DNA of 64,000 bases, from assembly GCA_965178125.1 (NCBI GenBank), contig OZ237759.1:186001-250000 (forward strand), written 5' to 3'. Position 1 is the stretch's first letter. Each line of letters begins with the position of its first letter. The notes below the pieces were generated by a model, which made no database searches, was not told the origin of the DNA, and worked only from the letters and a program-made list of their open reading frames with translations. This document shows, one piece after another, positions 37,665 to 48,780 of this stretch. Origin of the DNA: Bilabrum cf. latius. Taxonomy: Eukaryota. The translations under genes were made by a program, and so were the position numbers.

Positions 37665-38747
37665 ATGCACGCTATCTTGATCTCCGCTGCAGCTGCCCTA
37701 GCGGCGAGTGCAGTCGCCTCAACGTAGAACTGCACCCAAGGACCCAACACCGCGTGCGATAGCCAGTGGACCTGCTGCCAAACAGAGTATTCGAACTCTA
37801 ACACAGGATGCTGCCTGCTCCCGGATGCTGTGTGCTGTGGCAACGCACCGCCACCGCCCGTTCGCACTGCCGATGCGAAAGGCGAGCCACTCCCGTCCTG
37901 GGGAGTGGGGTACTGCTGCCCGTCCGGACACAAGTAAGAGATCCAGTACCATAATCAAGCCTCCTGCATGCATGGTATTGGCTGTACCCCGCATCCCTGC
38001 TGTTGCACCTTGTCAGCGCGCAGGTGCGTCAACATTACTGGCGGTGGGATCGGCTGCGAGGCCTCCGATTGGGCGGCTGCGGCAAGCGCGGCCAGCGCCG
38101 GCAGCCCCACCCCTGCCAACTTCGTGTGCAAGCCGGGGGCCTCCAAGCCGACGAGCCGCACGCAGCCCAACATCGCGGTCCTGGGTGACAGCGTGAGCAT
38201 CGGGTACGAGCCCCCTACGGCTGCCATGCTGTCATCCAAGTACTTTATCCAGCACACGCCGTGGGACACCAGGGGAGGGGGCAGCGGCACGTCCCAGTAC
38301 GGCCTGGAGTGTCTCCCCGCCCTCATGCGTACCTCTATGAGCGAAAAGGTCAGCTGGGACCTGGTGGTCTTCAACTTCGGGCTGCACGACCTAGACCCCT
38401 CCAACTCGTCGCAAGCCACGTACGAGCAGCAGCTCAAGGAGATCGCTCAGCAGCTGCGGCAGTACAGCGCCAAGCAGCTCTACGCCCTCACCACGCCCTA
38501 CATGCCCGACAAGACCCAGGGCATCGACATCGTGCAGGAGCTCAACGCCAGAGCCGAGGCCGTCATGAAGGAGCTGGGCATTCCCGTGGTGGACCTGTAC
38601 TCGGCGGTGACGGACGTGTGCGGCAAGGTGTACACGGACTGCAGCATCTGCCGCAAGTCGCCTTGCTCGTACCACTACACCCCGGAGGGGTACCAGGTCA
38701 TCGCAAAGACGCTGGCGCCAGCCATCGAGGCCCAGATGGCGGGGTGA
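37665..38747 (+). CDS. Secreted SGNH/GDSL hydrolase with N-terminal granulin-like Cys-rich module; intron 37934..38023
   Basis: Signal peptide MHAILISAAAALAASAVA, TAG 37725, then C..C..TCC..GCC..AVCC..CCP..C. SGNH blocks VLGDSVS, VFNFGLHD and YHYTPEGY. GTAAGA...CGCAG intron. Ends TGA. Confidence 0.78.
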
Positions 38748-38934
38748 GATCAGGTCGCCCATGGCTTCTATCTGCCTTGCCCACGGGTTCCGGACGTTTG
38801 TCGTTTGCTCTAGTTGTCGATTGGTTCGGTTCCGCTGGCACGGCTGTCCTCGCGAATGATTCCTAGGTGTCTGTCTATGCCTAGCACCCGCCCCATACGG
38901 CAAGTCACCAGACCCATGCAGCCACTGCACGGCA

Positions 38935-40752
38935 TCACCTCCCCGAGTCCATCGCGGCCGCGACCATTTTCCTCCTGCGCTTGCGGCTGCGCGCCAGCTC
39001 GTCCGCCCCTGCATCCACCCCTTCTCCCCCATCGGCCCCGCCCCCGAACTCGGCCGCCTCCGCCGCCGCCGCCAGCATCTTCTCCCTCCTCCTCTCCTTC
39101 TTGGAAGGAACCGCCCCGCGGCCCCGCTTGCGCCCGGGCCCCGCCCCCTCCAGCCCCTCCCCGTCGTCGAGAGCGTGAGCCAGCGCCTCCCTCGCGTCTC
39201 GTGCCACCGCCTGCGCCTGCCTCGCCGCCTCCTCCACCCTAGGCTGGTACGCAGCAGCGGCCGCGTCGTCCTTCGGGTACTCCGTCAGCTTCTTCCCCAG
39301 GGCCGCCTCGATGGACTTGTACTGCTCCACGTCATACTGAGTCACCACCGTCACTGCCCTGCCCGAGCGGCCCGCGCGCGCCGTGCGGCCCACCCTGTGC
39401 ACGTAATCCTTCCCAGAGGAGGGCACGTCGAGGTTGATCACCAGGTCCACCTGCGGGATGTCCAGCCCGCGGGAGGCCACGTCCGTCGCGACGAGCACCT
39501 TCTTGTTGCCGCTGCGGAAGTCGTGCAGCTGCTGCAGGCGCCGGGGCTGGCTCATGTGCCCGTGGAGGCAGGCCACGGGGAAGCCCAGCACCCTGAGGAA
39601 GCCCGCGGCCCTCTGCGCCAGAGCACACGTAGCCACGAACACGATGGCCGAGCAGGATCGTCTCTCCGCCAGGATGGCCACCAGGTGCGCGTCCTTGATC
39701 TTGGCGGGCACGAAGATGTACTCCTGCGTGAGCTTGCCCACGGTCTGGTACTCCGAGGCGGAGACCTCCACCTTGACGGGGTTGCGAAGGGAGGCCCTCT
39801 GCAGGCGGGCCACCTGCGTGGTGATGGTGGCGGAGAACAGAAGGGTCCTCCTGTCGCTGGGGGCCGCCGCTAGGATCTTGTCGAGGGCCTCCTCGAAGTC
39901 CAGAGACAGCATCCTGTCCGCCTCGTCCAGGACGATGAACCTGAGCTTGGAGGCGGTGAACCCCTTGGTGTTCTCCAGGTGGTCAGCCACCCGCCCGGGG
40001 GTGCCCACCACAACGTGCGGCCGCCGGGCCAGCGCGATGCTCTGGGCCATGAGGTCCACTCCGCCCACGAGCGCCACCACGGACAGTCCGATGCCCTGCC
40101 CCAGCCGAGAGAGCTGGTCGTGGATCTGCAGTGCCAGCTCCCGGGTGGGGGCCAGCACCAGGCCAAAGAACCGCTGCGGGGAGGCCAGCAGGGCCTGCAG
40201 CATGGGAAGGCTGAAGGCGGCCGTCTTGCCGCTGCCCGTTTCCGCCAGCCCCACCACGTCCCTGCCCGCGAGCACATGCGGGATGGCAGCGGCCTGGATG
40301 GGCGTCGGGCTTTTCCATCCAAGGGCCGTGCACGACTGCACCAGAGGGTCGCACAGGCCCAGTTCCGCAAATGATTTGATCTTGGGTAACTTAGCGGGCT
40401 CCTCGCTCCCTGATGCTCCGCCCGAGCCGCTTCCCGATGCGGGAGCGCTGCCGGCTGCGGACGCCGAGCCCTCGCTTGTGTCCAATTGCGAATGCTTCCT
40501 AGTTGCCGAGCCGTCCGATGATTCAGCCCTAGGTGTGGACCGTTTCGAGGGAATCGCGTCAGACTGTCTTGACTCGGCCAATTTCTTTTGGAGGCGCAGC
40601 GCTTGCTCCATCAGACTTCCATCTGGCTATTCCCGAGTAGAACTAGAACCTGGCCTCTCTTTCTTTGATTTCTTTTGCTTCTTCCCACTCTTCTCCTTTT
40701 TATGTTTCTTCGATTTCTTTTCCTTGCGAGATGGCGCGCCAAAAAAATCCAT
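38935..40752 (-). CDS. DDX47: DEAD-box RNA helicase DDX47/Rrp3 (18S rRNA processing)
   Basis: Q motif, AETGSGKT, PTRELA, TPGR, DEAD, SAT, HRVGRTARAGRSG and VTQYDVE. Lys-rich N-terminus from ATG 40752 joined across TAG 40627. Ends TGA. Confidence 0.88.
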
Positions 40753-40890
40753 GGCACGAGTGAATGCGACGCTTGCAGTTCGAGACAAATGGAGTTCCTT
40801 GGTTCCGCTCCGTCATCACGAATGCGCGGCGCCGCTCCCTGCTGGCGCCACTTCTGCAACCGGAGTTGCGCCTGCGACAAGCCTGTAACC

Positions 40891-43549
40891 ATGGACGGAG
40901 ACTACGTGGACTTGCCATAGGCTGAACTAGATATGCGTCGCAAGCTATTGAACAGCTTCTAGTCAGCATCCGGACCTGGTTCGTGCGTCCTGACAGCGGA
41001 TATGTTTCGGGATCTTGTAGCTGCTGCAAACCTCACGGTGGGGTCCCCAGAGCTAGATCGCGTCGTGCTCGAATGCAAAATAGACCCGAGTGGATCCGTG
41101 AGAGTAGGAAAGCAACAGGCCTAAACTTCTCCGTGCAATGCATACGCAGTTGCCTCACACCTCTACAAGCAGCTGAGACCCGGCAGTGTGCTGGGCATCG
41201 GCTCCCGCAATTTGTCGCATCGTCAACGTCACAGCGCGTTGTGTTCATAGTATTCTCCAATTGCAGGTGGACTTCTCTGCGTTCAAGGCGAGCGTGCTTG
41301 CCGTCGACGAGAAGGTGGAGCTCACTCGCCGGCAGGACGAAGCGGTGCAGCAGGCAGAGCGCAACGCCGGTATTGGGTCATCTGGGGGCGCAACAGGCAT
41401 GGGCGCTCGAGGCACGTAGTTTAGGGAAGCACTCGAGTCTGCCACTGGCCGCCACCAGTCGAGCGACCGTTCCTCGGTGCCCGCCGAACTGCTCGCTCTC
41501 CCTTAGCAACAGAGGGTCCGCCGGCTCACGCGGCAGATCTCTTCCCTGTTCTCGGAGTACGACAACGGGCGCTGCTCCCTAGATGTGTTCCGCGAGCGGC
41601 TGCGCCAGCTCGGCGTGGACGAGACGGAGGAGTTCCGCAGGGCCCTTCGCATGCCCGCCGACCTGACCTTCGCCACACTCTTCAGGGCGCTGTGCACCGC
41701 CGACGCGGCCCCAGCTTCATCGGCGGGCGCGCCCTCGGCCAGGGGGACCGGAGGCGCGCGGTCCGATCTGCACATGCAGGTGGGCGCGGGCCGGTCTGTC
41801 CCCTCCGCTGGCAGGCGGCTGGGACCCCCGGGGGGCCGCCGTGACTCTGACGTCATCTCGTGGCGAGGCTCGAAGGAGTCGTACGCCGCGAGGGAGGACA
41901 AGGCCTCTCCCGCTGCCAGCGGGCACAGGGCCAGGGCACACGGGGCCTACAGCCAGCTCGGCGGGCAGGGCGCGGGTGACGCGGTCAGGATGGGGACGCC
42001 GATGGGCGGGCCAGGCGTGGGCCAGGGGCTGGCAGCCTCCTCCTCCACCGCAGCCTCCTCCCCGGGAGCGGCCTCACAGGCCAGCGGGGTACCAGGACGT
42101 GCCGCTGGTCGGGCTACCGGCGAGGGGCAGGTGTCGTACTCCACGGGCAGGTACGATGCGCGCGCGATGAAGGAGTCGGGTGCGGGCGCCGTGATCTTCG
42201 GGAGGGGCACGATGGCGCCGGGCGCTGACAGGCACGGAATCAGCGTGTCGGGCGGGGTGACCATGCACCATTCCATGAGCAGTCAGGCGGGCCAGCGGGC
42301 GGCGCAGATGGCGCGCGCCACCCAGGGGGGTCGCGGGGTGGCAGCCACTCTGGTGGACGACGCGGACAAAGCAAGGGACGACGCCCGGTGGGAGTCGCTG
42401 GCACAGGCCCAGGCCAGGGACGTGGTGCGCGGCGCCGGCATGGTTCCGTAGTCGGGCGTGGGGATGGCCCCCACGGCGCGGGCGGGGCACGGTCTCCCCG
42501 ACAAGGGCCTCCTCAGGGAACAGGTGTACTCTCTGGTGCGGCAGCTGGACAAGGGCATGCTGACTGCGGCGGGGTTCCGCGCCCGGGCGGCGCAGATGCA
42601 GATCGCCATCCCCCCCGCAGTGGACAAGCTGCTCTTGGACTTCGAGGCGAACGGGCGGGCGGACTTTGCCCGGTACGTGAAGGGTTTCGAAGACTACCTC
42701 CACGCGAGGGCCAGGGAGGCAGGGGCGGCGGCAGCGGCGGCGCAGGCGCAGGAGGGCGTGCCTGTGGGTGCGCGTGCGGTTGAGACGGCCGAGGAGCGCC
42801 GGGAGAGGGAGGAGAGGGACGCGGCCGCGGGGGCTGCGGCTGCCGCCAGCGCGCGGGGCCTGGGGCAGGTGCAGAGCGCCACGCGGTCCCACGGTGATAT
42901 CATCGGGTGGCATGGAGGGGCCGCTGAGAAGGCGGCCAAGGAGGAGGAGGAGTCCTTGCGGAAGCGGGGCCTCAGGCCGGGCATGCAGAGGAACACGGCC
43001 CTATGGAATGCCGCTGCGACAGTTGGGTCGGGCAACCCGACGGGTGGCGGGTCTGCGGCAGACATGGGCACCATTCTGGGGCCGGCTTCGCTGAACGCCA
43101 CGGGGGGGCTCCGCACCACTCGCAAGGGCAAGGGCCCAACCAGCATCGCGGACCGGAGCGCGGGGAACATCATCGCGTGGGCCGCGGGGGCACCTCCCTC
43201 GCAGGGGCCAGGGCAGGGCATCCCGGCCGCGGTACTGTCGCCCAGCGGACAGGCCCCCGCCCATGACCGGGCGACGCTGATGGCAGGCGTATCTGGTGAC
43301 CCCGGATACACGGGGGGGGGTCCCCAGGGCGGGGACCTCCTGCCGGATGGGAGGCCCGTCGGCAAGGGGCGCGCGCACGTCGACTCGGAGCTCGGGCGGC
43401 TGGCCATGGCGAGGGGCCGCGCGCCGTTCGGCACGGAGAAAGATTTACCACACAAGCCTCAGTATGAGAGAGGGGCCGACGGAAGGTATCACAGGGTCGT
43501 CTCGCCGGCGGGAGGCGGGCGGGGCCCGTCTGCGGGGCACCGCGGCTGA
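40891..43549 (+). CDS. Uncharacterised protein with degenerate EF-hand-like modules; intron 41098..41266
   Basis: One frame across TAG 40918, 40960, 41417, 41504 and 42449 after a GTGAGA...TTGCAG intron. Three similar modules: IDPSGSVDF; YDNGRCSLDVFRERL..LTF; LDKGMLTAAGFR..NGRADF. Ends TGA. Confidence 0.55.
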
Positions 43550-43580
43550 GGCTGCGGTAGTTGCCCTTGCTTCGCAAATA

Positions 43581-45113
43581 GAGGCCCCGCACAGAACCTG
43601 AACGAACCCGAATCTGAACAGTTTTCCTGTACCCCGATAGAGCAGGTTAGCGAATATGAAACGGAGTGTAAACGCCAGAACATATTAAATACTTCATATA
43701 GTATCTTAATTGTGGGTTTGACTGGCGACTGTCATTCATACAGGCCTAGGATTGTACGGTGTCCAAGAATGCAACGCAGAAGGCGATGCTCCCTTTATCA
43801 AGCGTTTTATCGAGGCTATACTTAGTTTGAATGAGAAATATTAATAAATACTACCATCTAAAGCTAACGCGTTGTAAATTGACGCCTAAAGGCTTAATAT
43901 AGTGCACTTCTCGTGATAGGTGTTTGGCCATGCACGGACTGCCCTTGACGGTCATCACTTTTTGCAATTCTGCGGACGCGACGGAGGTGTGTTTGCACCA
44001 ACCTGCAAGATACGTCCAATTAGTGTGTTTTTACAAGGCATGGTGTGCTCTATAAGGCGGGGATGCTGAGCTAACTGCATATTTTGTCAGCGGTCGCATC
44101 AAAATGGCGTGCAAGCTGGCACAGGCTGGGCAAGCCGCAGACTTCTGGTACGCGTGATTTCTTGGTAAATTAGTAGTATCAAATGTATACAATGTAACGC
44201 TGAGTCCTTGGTGCAATTTTGTCGAGTTGTAACAGGTATTGAAATCCTGGGTGGAGAGCCAATGCTGGCTATGGCAGCCGTATTGATGAATTTGTGCATT
44301 AATTTGGAATGGCGTGATGATTGTGCAGCATCTAGACTTTAATCTTCCTATTTATGCTCGTGTAGGTATGTTAGATACATGGGATCGAGAGAATCGGCCA
44401 TGCAACCGTAGCACGCGGTCAAACTGGGCGATTGCAGCCGTTAAAAAGGCAGCCCCGGCAAGTAATTGTGTACTGAAAGTATAAATTGAGAATGATTACT
44501 GGGTTTCCAGGACGCAACTGTGAAAACGAGAAGAGGAAAGGCCGTTTTGTTGTAGGGCAAGCTACTGGCGATCCCGAAGAATGTGGAGGATTTCGACTGA
44601 GAAAGTTGCGTATAGGGGTGGCCAGGTGCTCATTTGTATTCTCAATACTTAAATATACCTACTCACTAAGTGCCGGAGTTCTTCGCTTGTCCAATGGTAT
44701 GATATCATAACAAGTATGTGTTTCTGAGGGGGGTGTTCAGGGTCCCTCCGCGGCTGGAAACGACCTTTATGGCGCCTACGGCTCATCTAGTTACAAAGCA
44801 ACGTTTAGCAAGTATATCCTTCATGCTGTCTTGCATAAAGAAAGAGGGTAGGAGTACGGCAGGCTGCTACTTCAGCAGTGATGCTCGATTGAAAACAAGC
44901 TTTTTGTCCGTTGTGCCTGCAAGTTTTCCCTTGTGTTTGGGCTGCGATAACTTTCGTTGTACTTGACTCTAGAACAAGCTGAAAATCGCATTAATTAAAG
45001 CTCCAGCCCGCGCTCAAAGCAGCATATTCGGTCTCTTTCCTAGAAGTTTCCTTGAGAAGAATCAGGGAAAACTAAGGAGGAAGGTTCCCCGTTCAGGTTC
45101 CGTGCGGGGCCTC
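43581..45113. mobile_element. Non-autonomous TIR DNA transposon (1533 bp), TA-flanked
   Basis: 24-bp TIRs gaggccccgcacagaacctgaacg (43581-43604) and its inverse at 45090-45113, with one mismatch. TA on both flanks. The AT-rich interior contrasts with the GC-rich host genes; no long ORF was found. Confidence 0.85.
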
Positions 45114-45430
45114 TATACGATGTTACTAGCAATTAGAAAACTATAATTTTTGGGGCTCCCTGTCATTTTGTAAGTGCAACCATGAATCGATGCAAGTGGG
45201 TCTCGAGTATGATTTGCAGCGCAGGCACACTGTCGAACAGGAAATCGGGCATGTCCAAGTACCAAGACACGGCAATCAAGCGCGCGTAGCGTTTGCAATG
45301 CTTTGACACACACAGGTGCCCGATCGGGTAACCCTGCCCATGCAAGGCACCAAAGAGGGTTCCACCAGAGAGACGGACCTTGCCTCCTTGGAGCCACGCC
45401 ATCACGTCACACAAATGACGGCCTGGCCGC

Positions 45431-46914
45431 TCACAGCTCCTCGTCCTCCTCATCGGCGTCCTCCTCCTCCTCGTCCTCCTCCTCCTCGGCGGCCTTGCGC
45501 GCCTCCTCCTCGGCCTTGCGCTCTTCCTCGGCCTTCTTCCTCTCGGCCTCCTTGGCATCATCGTAGGCCTTCTTCTCGGCGTCCTTGTTTGCCTCGAACG
45601 TCTCCTTGGCGAAGGCCTCGGCCTCCTCCACAGAGTCAGTCACGATGATGTCGTCGAAGATGGTGCCGGCCTTGACCTGCCACAGCTCGAACGCGACGTT
45701 CGTGCAAGGGTTCTCCTTGGAGCAGACCGCGTACACGTTCTCGTCCTCCTCGTAGTCGGGGTTGGGGATCTCGGGGTGCACCCAGGCGCCCTTGTAATCG
45801 GGGTTGTCGATCATCTTGGGGGACCACTCGCCCTTGTAGTCGGGGTTGTCGATCATGGGCGCCTCCCAGTCCCCGTCCTCCTCGTCGTCCCAGTCCTCGG
45901 GCTTGGCTGCCTCGGGGTCGGGGATCTTCTCCGGCACATCGTCCCATCCCTCGGGCTTCTTGTCCTCGGGGTCGGGGATCTTGGCCTCGTCTACCCAGTC
46001 CTCGGGCTTCTTGGCCTCGGGGTCCTTGATCATCTTGGGGGCCAGGAAGTCCCAGTCGTCGAAGAGGGAGCCGCTCTCGACCTTGCTGCCGTCGATCTGC
46101 ACCTCGTACGTGTTGTCGGGGCTCACGATGAACGTGTAGCGGTGGGACAGGTTGTCAGTCTCGCACCGGATGCTCTTCTTCGTCAGCAAGTTCTTGCCCT
46201 TGTACGTGAAGATGGCGTGGGTCTTGCGGGTGGAGGTGCCGCAGACGTCGGGGCCGAACATGATGGCGTACTCGTCATCGCCGCCGAACTTCTTGGGGTC
46301 CTTGATCTTGGGGGTCAGCTTGATGTAAGCGCCGCCGCAATCCAAGTTCTGCTCGTGGCGCACGGTGTACGAAAGCACGAGCTTGTTGCCCTCAGACACG
46401 AACTCGGTGTCGAGCGGGGCCGAGGCCGAATAAAAGCGAGCATCCTGGCCGGTCTGGATCCCGACATTACTCGAGTCCGCGAGGTTCTCGGCAAGCTTCC
46501 ACTCTCCCATCTGCAAAAAATAGACAATAAATTATTTAATTAGTGCAGAGGTCACTGCCAGGCCATTGTGCGGTGGTGCCCCACGTTGGCATCGCCACGT
46601 GGCTGGAGCGGGCCAGCCAACCGCAACTGCGACGCAAAGCCTTAAACTCACCTCTGAAGAGGACTTCCACTCCGATCCGATGGTCCATCGGTCCTGCCAA
46701 TCAGCTGCGAATACTAGTAGGAGCTGGTACAGGCGTGAGCCGACAATGGCACGCGGCACGACGCGTGGGAGATCACGTGGCAAGGATCCCACGTTGCAGT
46801 CCCTTCGATGCAACCTAGCGACCGCATTCACTCACCGTCGAACGAATCCTTGAAGTATGTCTTTGCCGAAGCAAGAGCAGCAAGACCAGCAAGCACTGCG
46901 AGAACGACGCGCAT
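45431..46914 (-). CDS. CALR: Calreticulin; exons 46914-46836, 46704-46652, 46510-45431
   Basis: Signal peptide MRVVLAVLAGLAALASA; IQTGQDARFY, HEQNLDCGGAYIK, IMFGPDVCG, KPEDWD P-domain repeats, ELWQVKAGTIFD; acidic tail ending DEEL. Two GTGAGT..CAG introns. Ends TGA. Confidence 0.96.
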
Positions 46915-47137
46915 GTTTTTCCTCAGTCTTCACCTTTGGCGGGCGGACGGCAACAGAGCCACACTGGATCTGTATTACAGACATGTGCACGCTATATACA
47001 ATGCGCGGCGCCCGCAGCACCAATTGGTTCCGTTCTGCGATTGCACTTCAGCACAACGTGTCACTATTTGCTTCCTTTGGCGCGTATCAAGGTCTTACTG
47101 GACGCTATCCAACGACATCGTGCTATCAAAGCATTAA
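46915..47137. promoter_or_regulatory. Probable bidirectional promoter between calreticulin and ER DnaJ
   Basis: 223-bp head-to-head spacer containing the palindrome CCAATTGG (~47020) and a TATATA element. Function is inferred from position only. Confidence 0.4.
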
Positions 47138-48613
47138 ATGTCGGCACTTGTTCGCAGGTATCGTCGAAATAAGGTGCTGGGATTGGCACCACTGACGCTG
47201 CTGGGTTTGATCATATTCCTGCCAGCGCTTGCGCTTGGCGGGACGGACTTCTACAGGGTCCTCGGTATCCAGCGCGGTGCGAATGATAATCAAATTAAGA
47301 GAGCGTACCGAAAGCAGGCACTGAAATGGCACCCTGATAAGCACCCGGACAATGAATAGAAAGCGACGGAAAGATTCGAGAAAGTCGCAAAGGCGTACGA
47401 GGTTTTGTCAGACCCAGAGAAGCGAAGAATCTACGACCAGGTTGGTGAAGAAGGCCTCGATGGAAATGGTGACCCTCACGGTGGTGGGCCTCCCGGATCC
47501 GGGGGAGGCGGTCCAGGCTTTGGTGGGCAAGGTGGGCCCGGTGGTGGTCCTGGCATGCACTTCTCCTTCTCGGGTGGACCGGGTGTCAACTTTGGGGCCT
47601 CTGCGTTTGACATGTTCGAGAGGATGTTTGGGCAGCGTGGCGCGGGCGGCGGCTTGTTTGGTGGGATGGGCATGGGTGGTGGTGGTGGTGGTGGCGGCCG
47701 TGGCGGCCCTCGGGGTGGTCGGGGCCGAAACCGTGGTCCGCCGCCGCCTCTGTTCCCCAAGGGATCCGCAGTGCATCAGCTGAGCGCCGCGGGCATGAAA
47801 AAGGTCGGGAGAACGGGACGGGGCCGCACTGTCTGGCTGCTCGCGTTCCTGGACGGCAACGACCGGGGGCAGGGGCAGGGCGGCTCTCGGGAGGTCGCCG
47901 GGGCCCTGGACAAAGCGGCAGATGCGCTGCAGGGGGCCGCTAGGGTGGGTGTCGTGGATTGCGCGCGGCACGGGAAGGTGTGCCAGGCCCAGGGGATCCA
48001 AGAGGTCCCGCACATTAAGGTGCTGGGGCCAGACCGAGCAGAGGAACACAGAGGCAACCCAGCCTCCGCGAAGAGGCTGAGAGACGCGGCCGTGAATGCG
48101 CTGCAGGAGGCGGAGAACAGTTTTCGGGTTAGGGTATCCGGGGCGGGGCAGGCGCAACTCAGGGGCCTCAAGCGGCGGTGCGCCCGGTCTGCTAGTGGCT
48201 GCGGGCTGCTCCTATCCTCCTCGCAGCAGCCCAGCGCTCGCCTCCTTGCCCTAGCCGGGGCCCTGCGGGACCGAGAGGATATGGAGGGTGTGGCGAGTGG
48301 GCTGGACCTGTACCTGGTGAGCCTGCCGAGGGACAGCCCGGAGGCTTGCCGCGAGGTGGACAGGGCCCTGGGGCTGCCCAACGGAACCGCAGCTGGCGCC
48401 GCGCAAGGGCCCGCTGTGCTCACGCATGTCAGTGGTGAAGACGGTTCATCTGCCTCGGTTCACAGTTAGGACAAGGGAGGACGGGGAGGCGCGCAGGGCA
48501 GCCACGCTGGTGGAAAGGGGTCTTCGAAGTCGGAAACCTCTGCATGGACGATGTAGAACAGCATGGCCCGGTTCTTGGTCTAGCAAGCGGCTCGCCGAAG
48601 GGGTGCAAGGTAA
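47138..48613 (+). CDS. ER-type DnaJ protein (signal peptide, J domain, G/F-rich region, thioredoxin-like domain), 491 aa
   Basis: [28 protein letters not shown][TAG 47357][26 protein letters not shown] is an intact J domain only with readthrough. Trx-like VWLLAF..VGVVDC..C..P. Further TAGs at 48467, 48554 and 48581. Ends TAA. Confidence 0.9.
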
Positions 48614-48780
48614 CCTACTCGTAAGCAGTTCTTTGTAGCTTATCCACCCTGTTTTTGGACGGACAGCAACACCAGATTCGTATGGGTATTATAACCTGAT
48701 CGAGCCGTAGCTACCCGTAGAATCAATGCGAAGATGGGCATCCAAATTATCCGAAAAACATGTGATATTCACCGACTTAG

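Noticed and set aside
20-43600. Hundreds of long overlapping or antisense ORFs in the track (e.g. 20..1243, 39434..40888)
   Set aside because: These are shadows of GC-rich coding sequence, with Pro/Arg/Ser-biased translations and no motifs.
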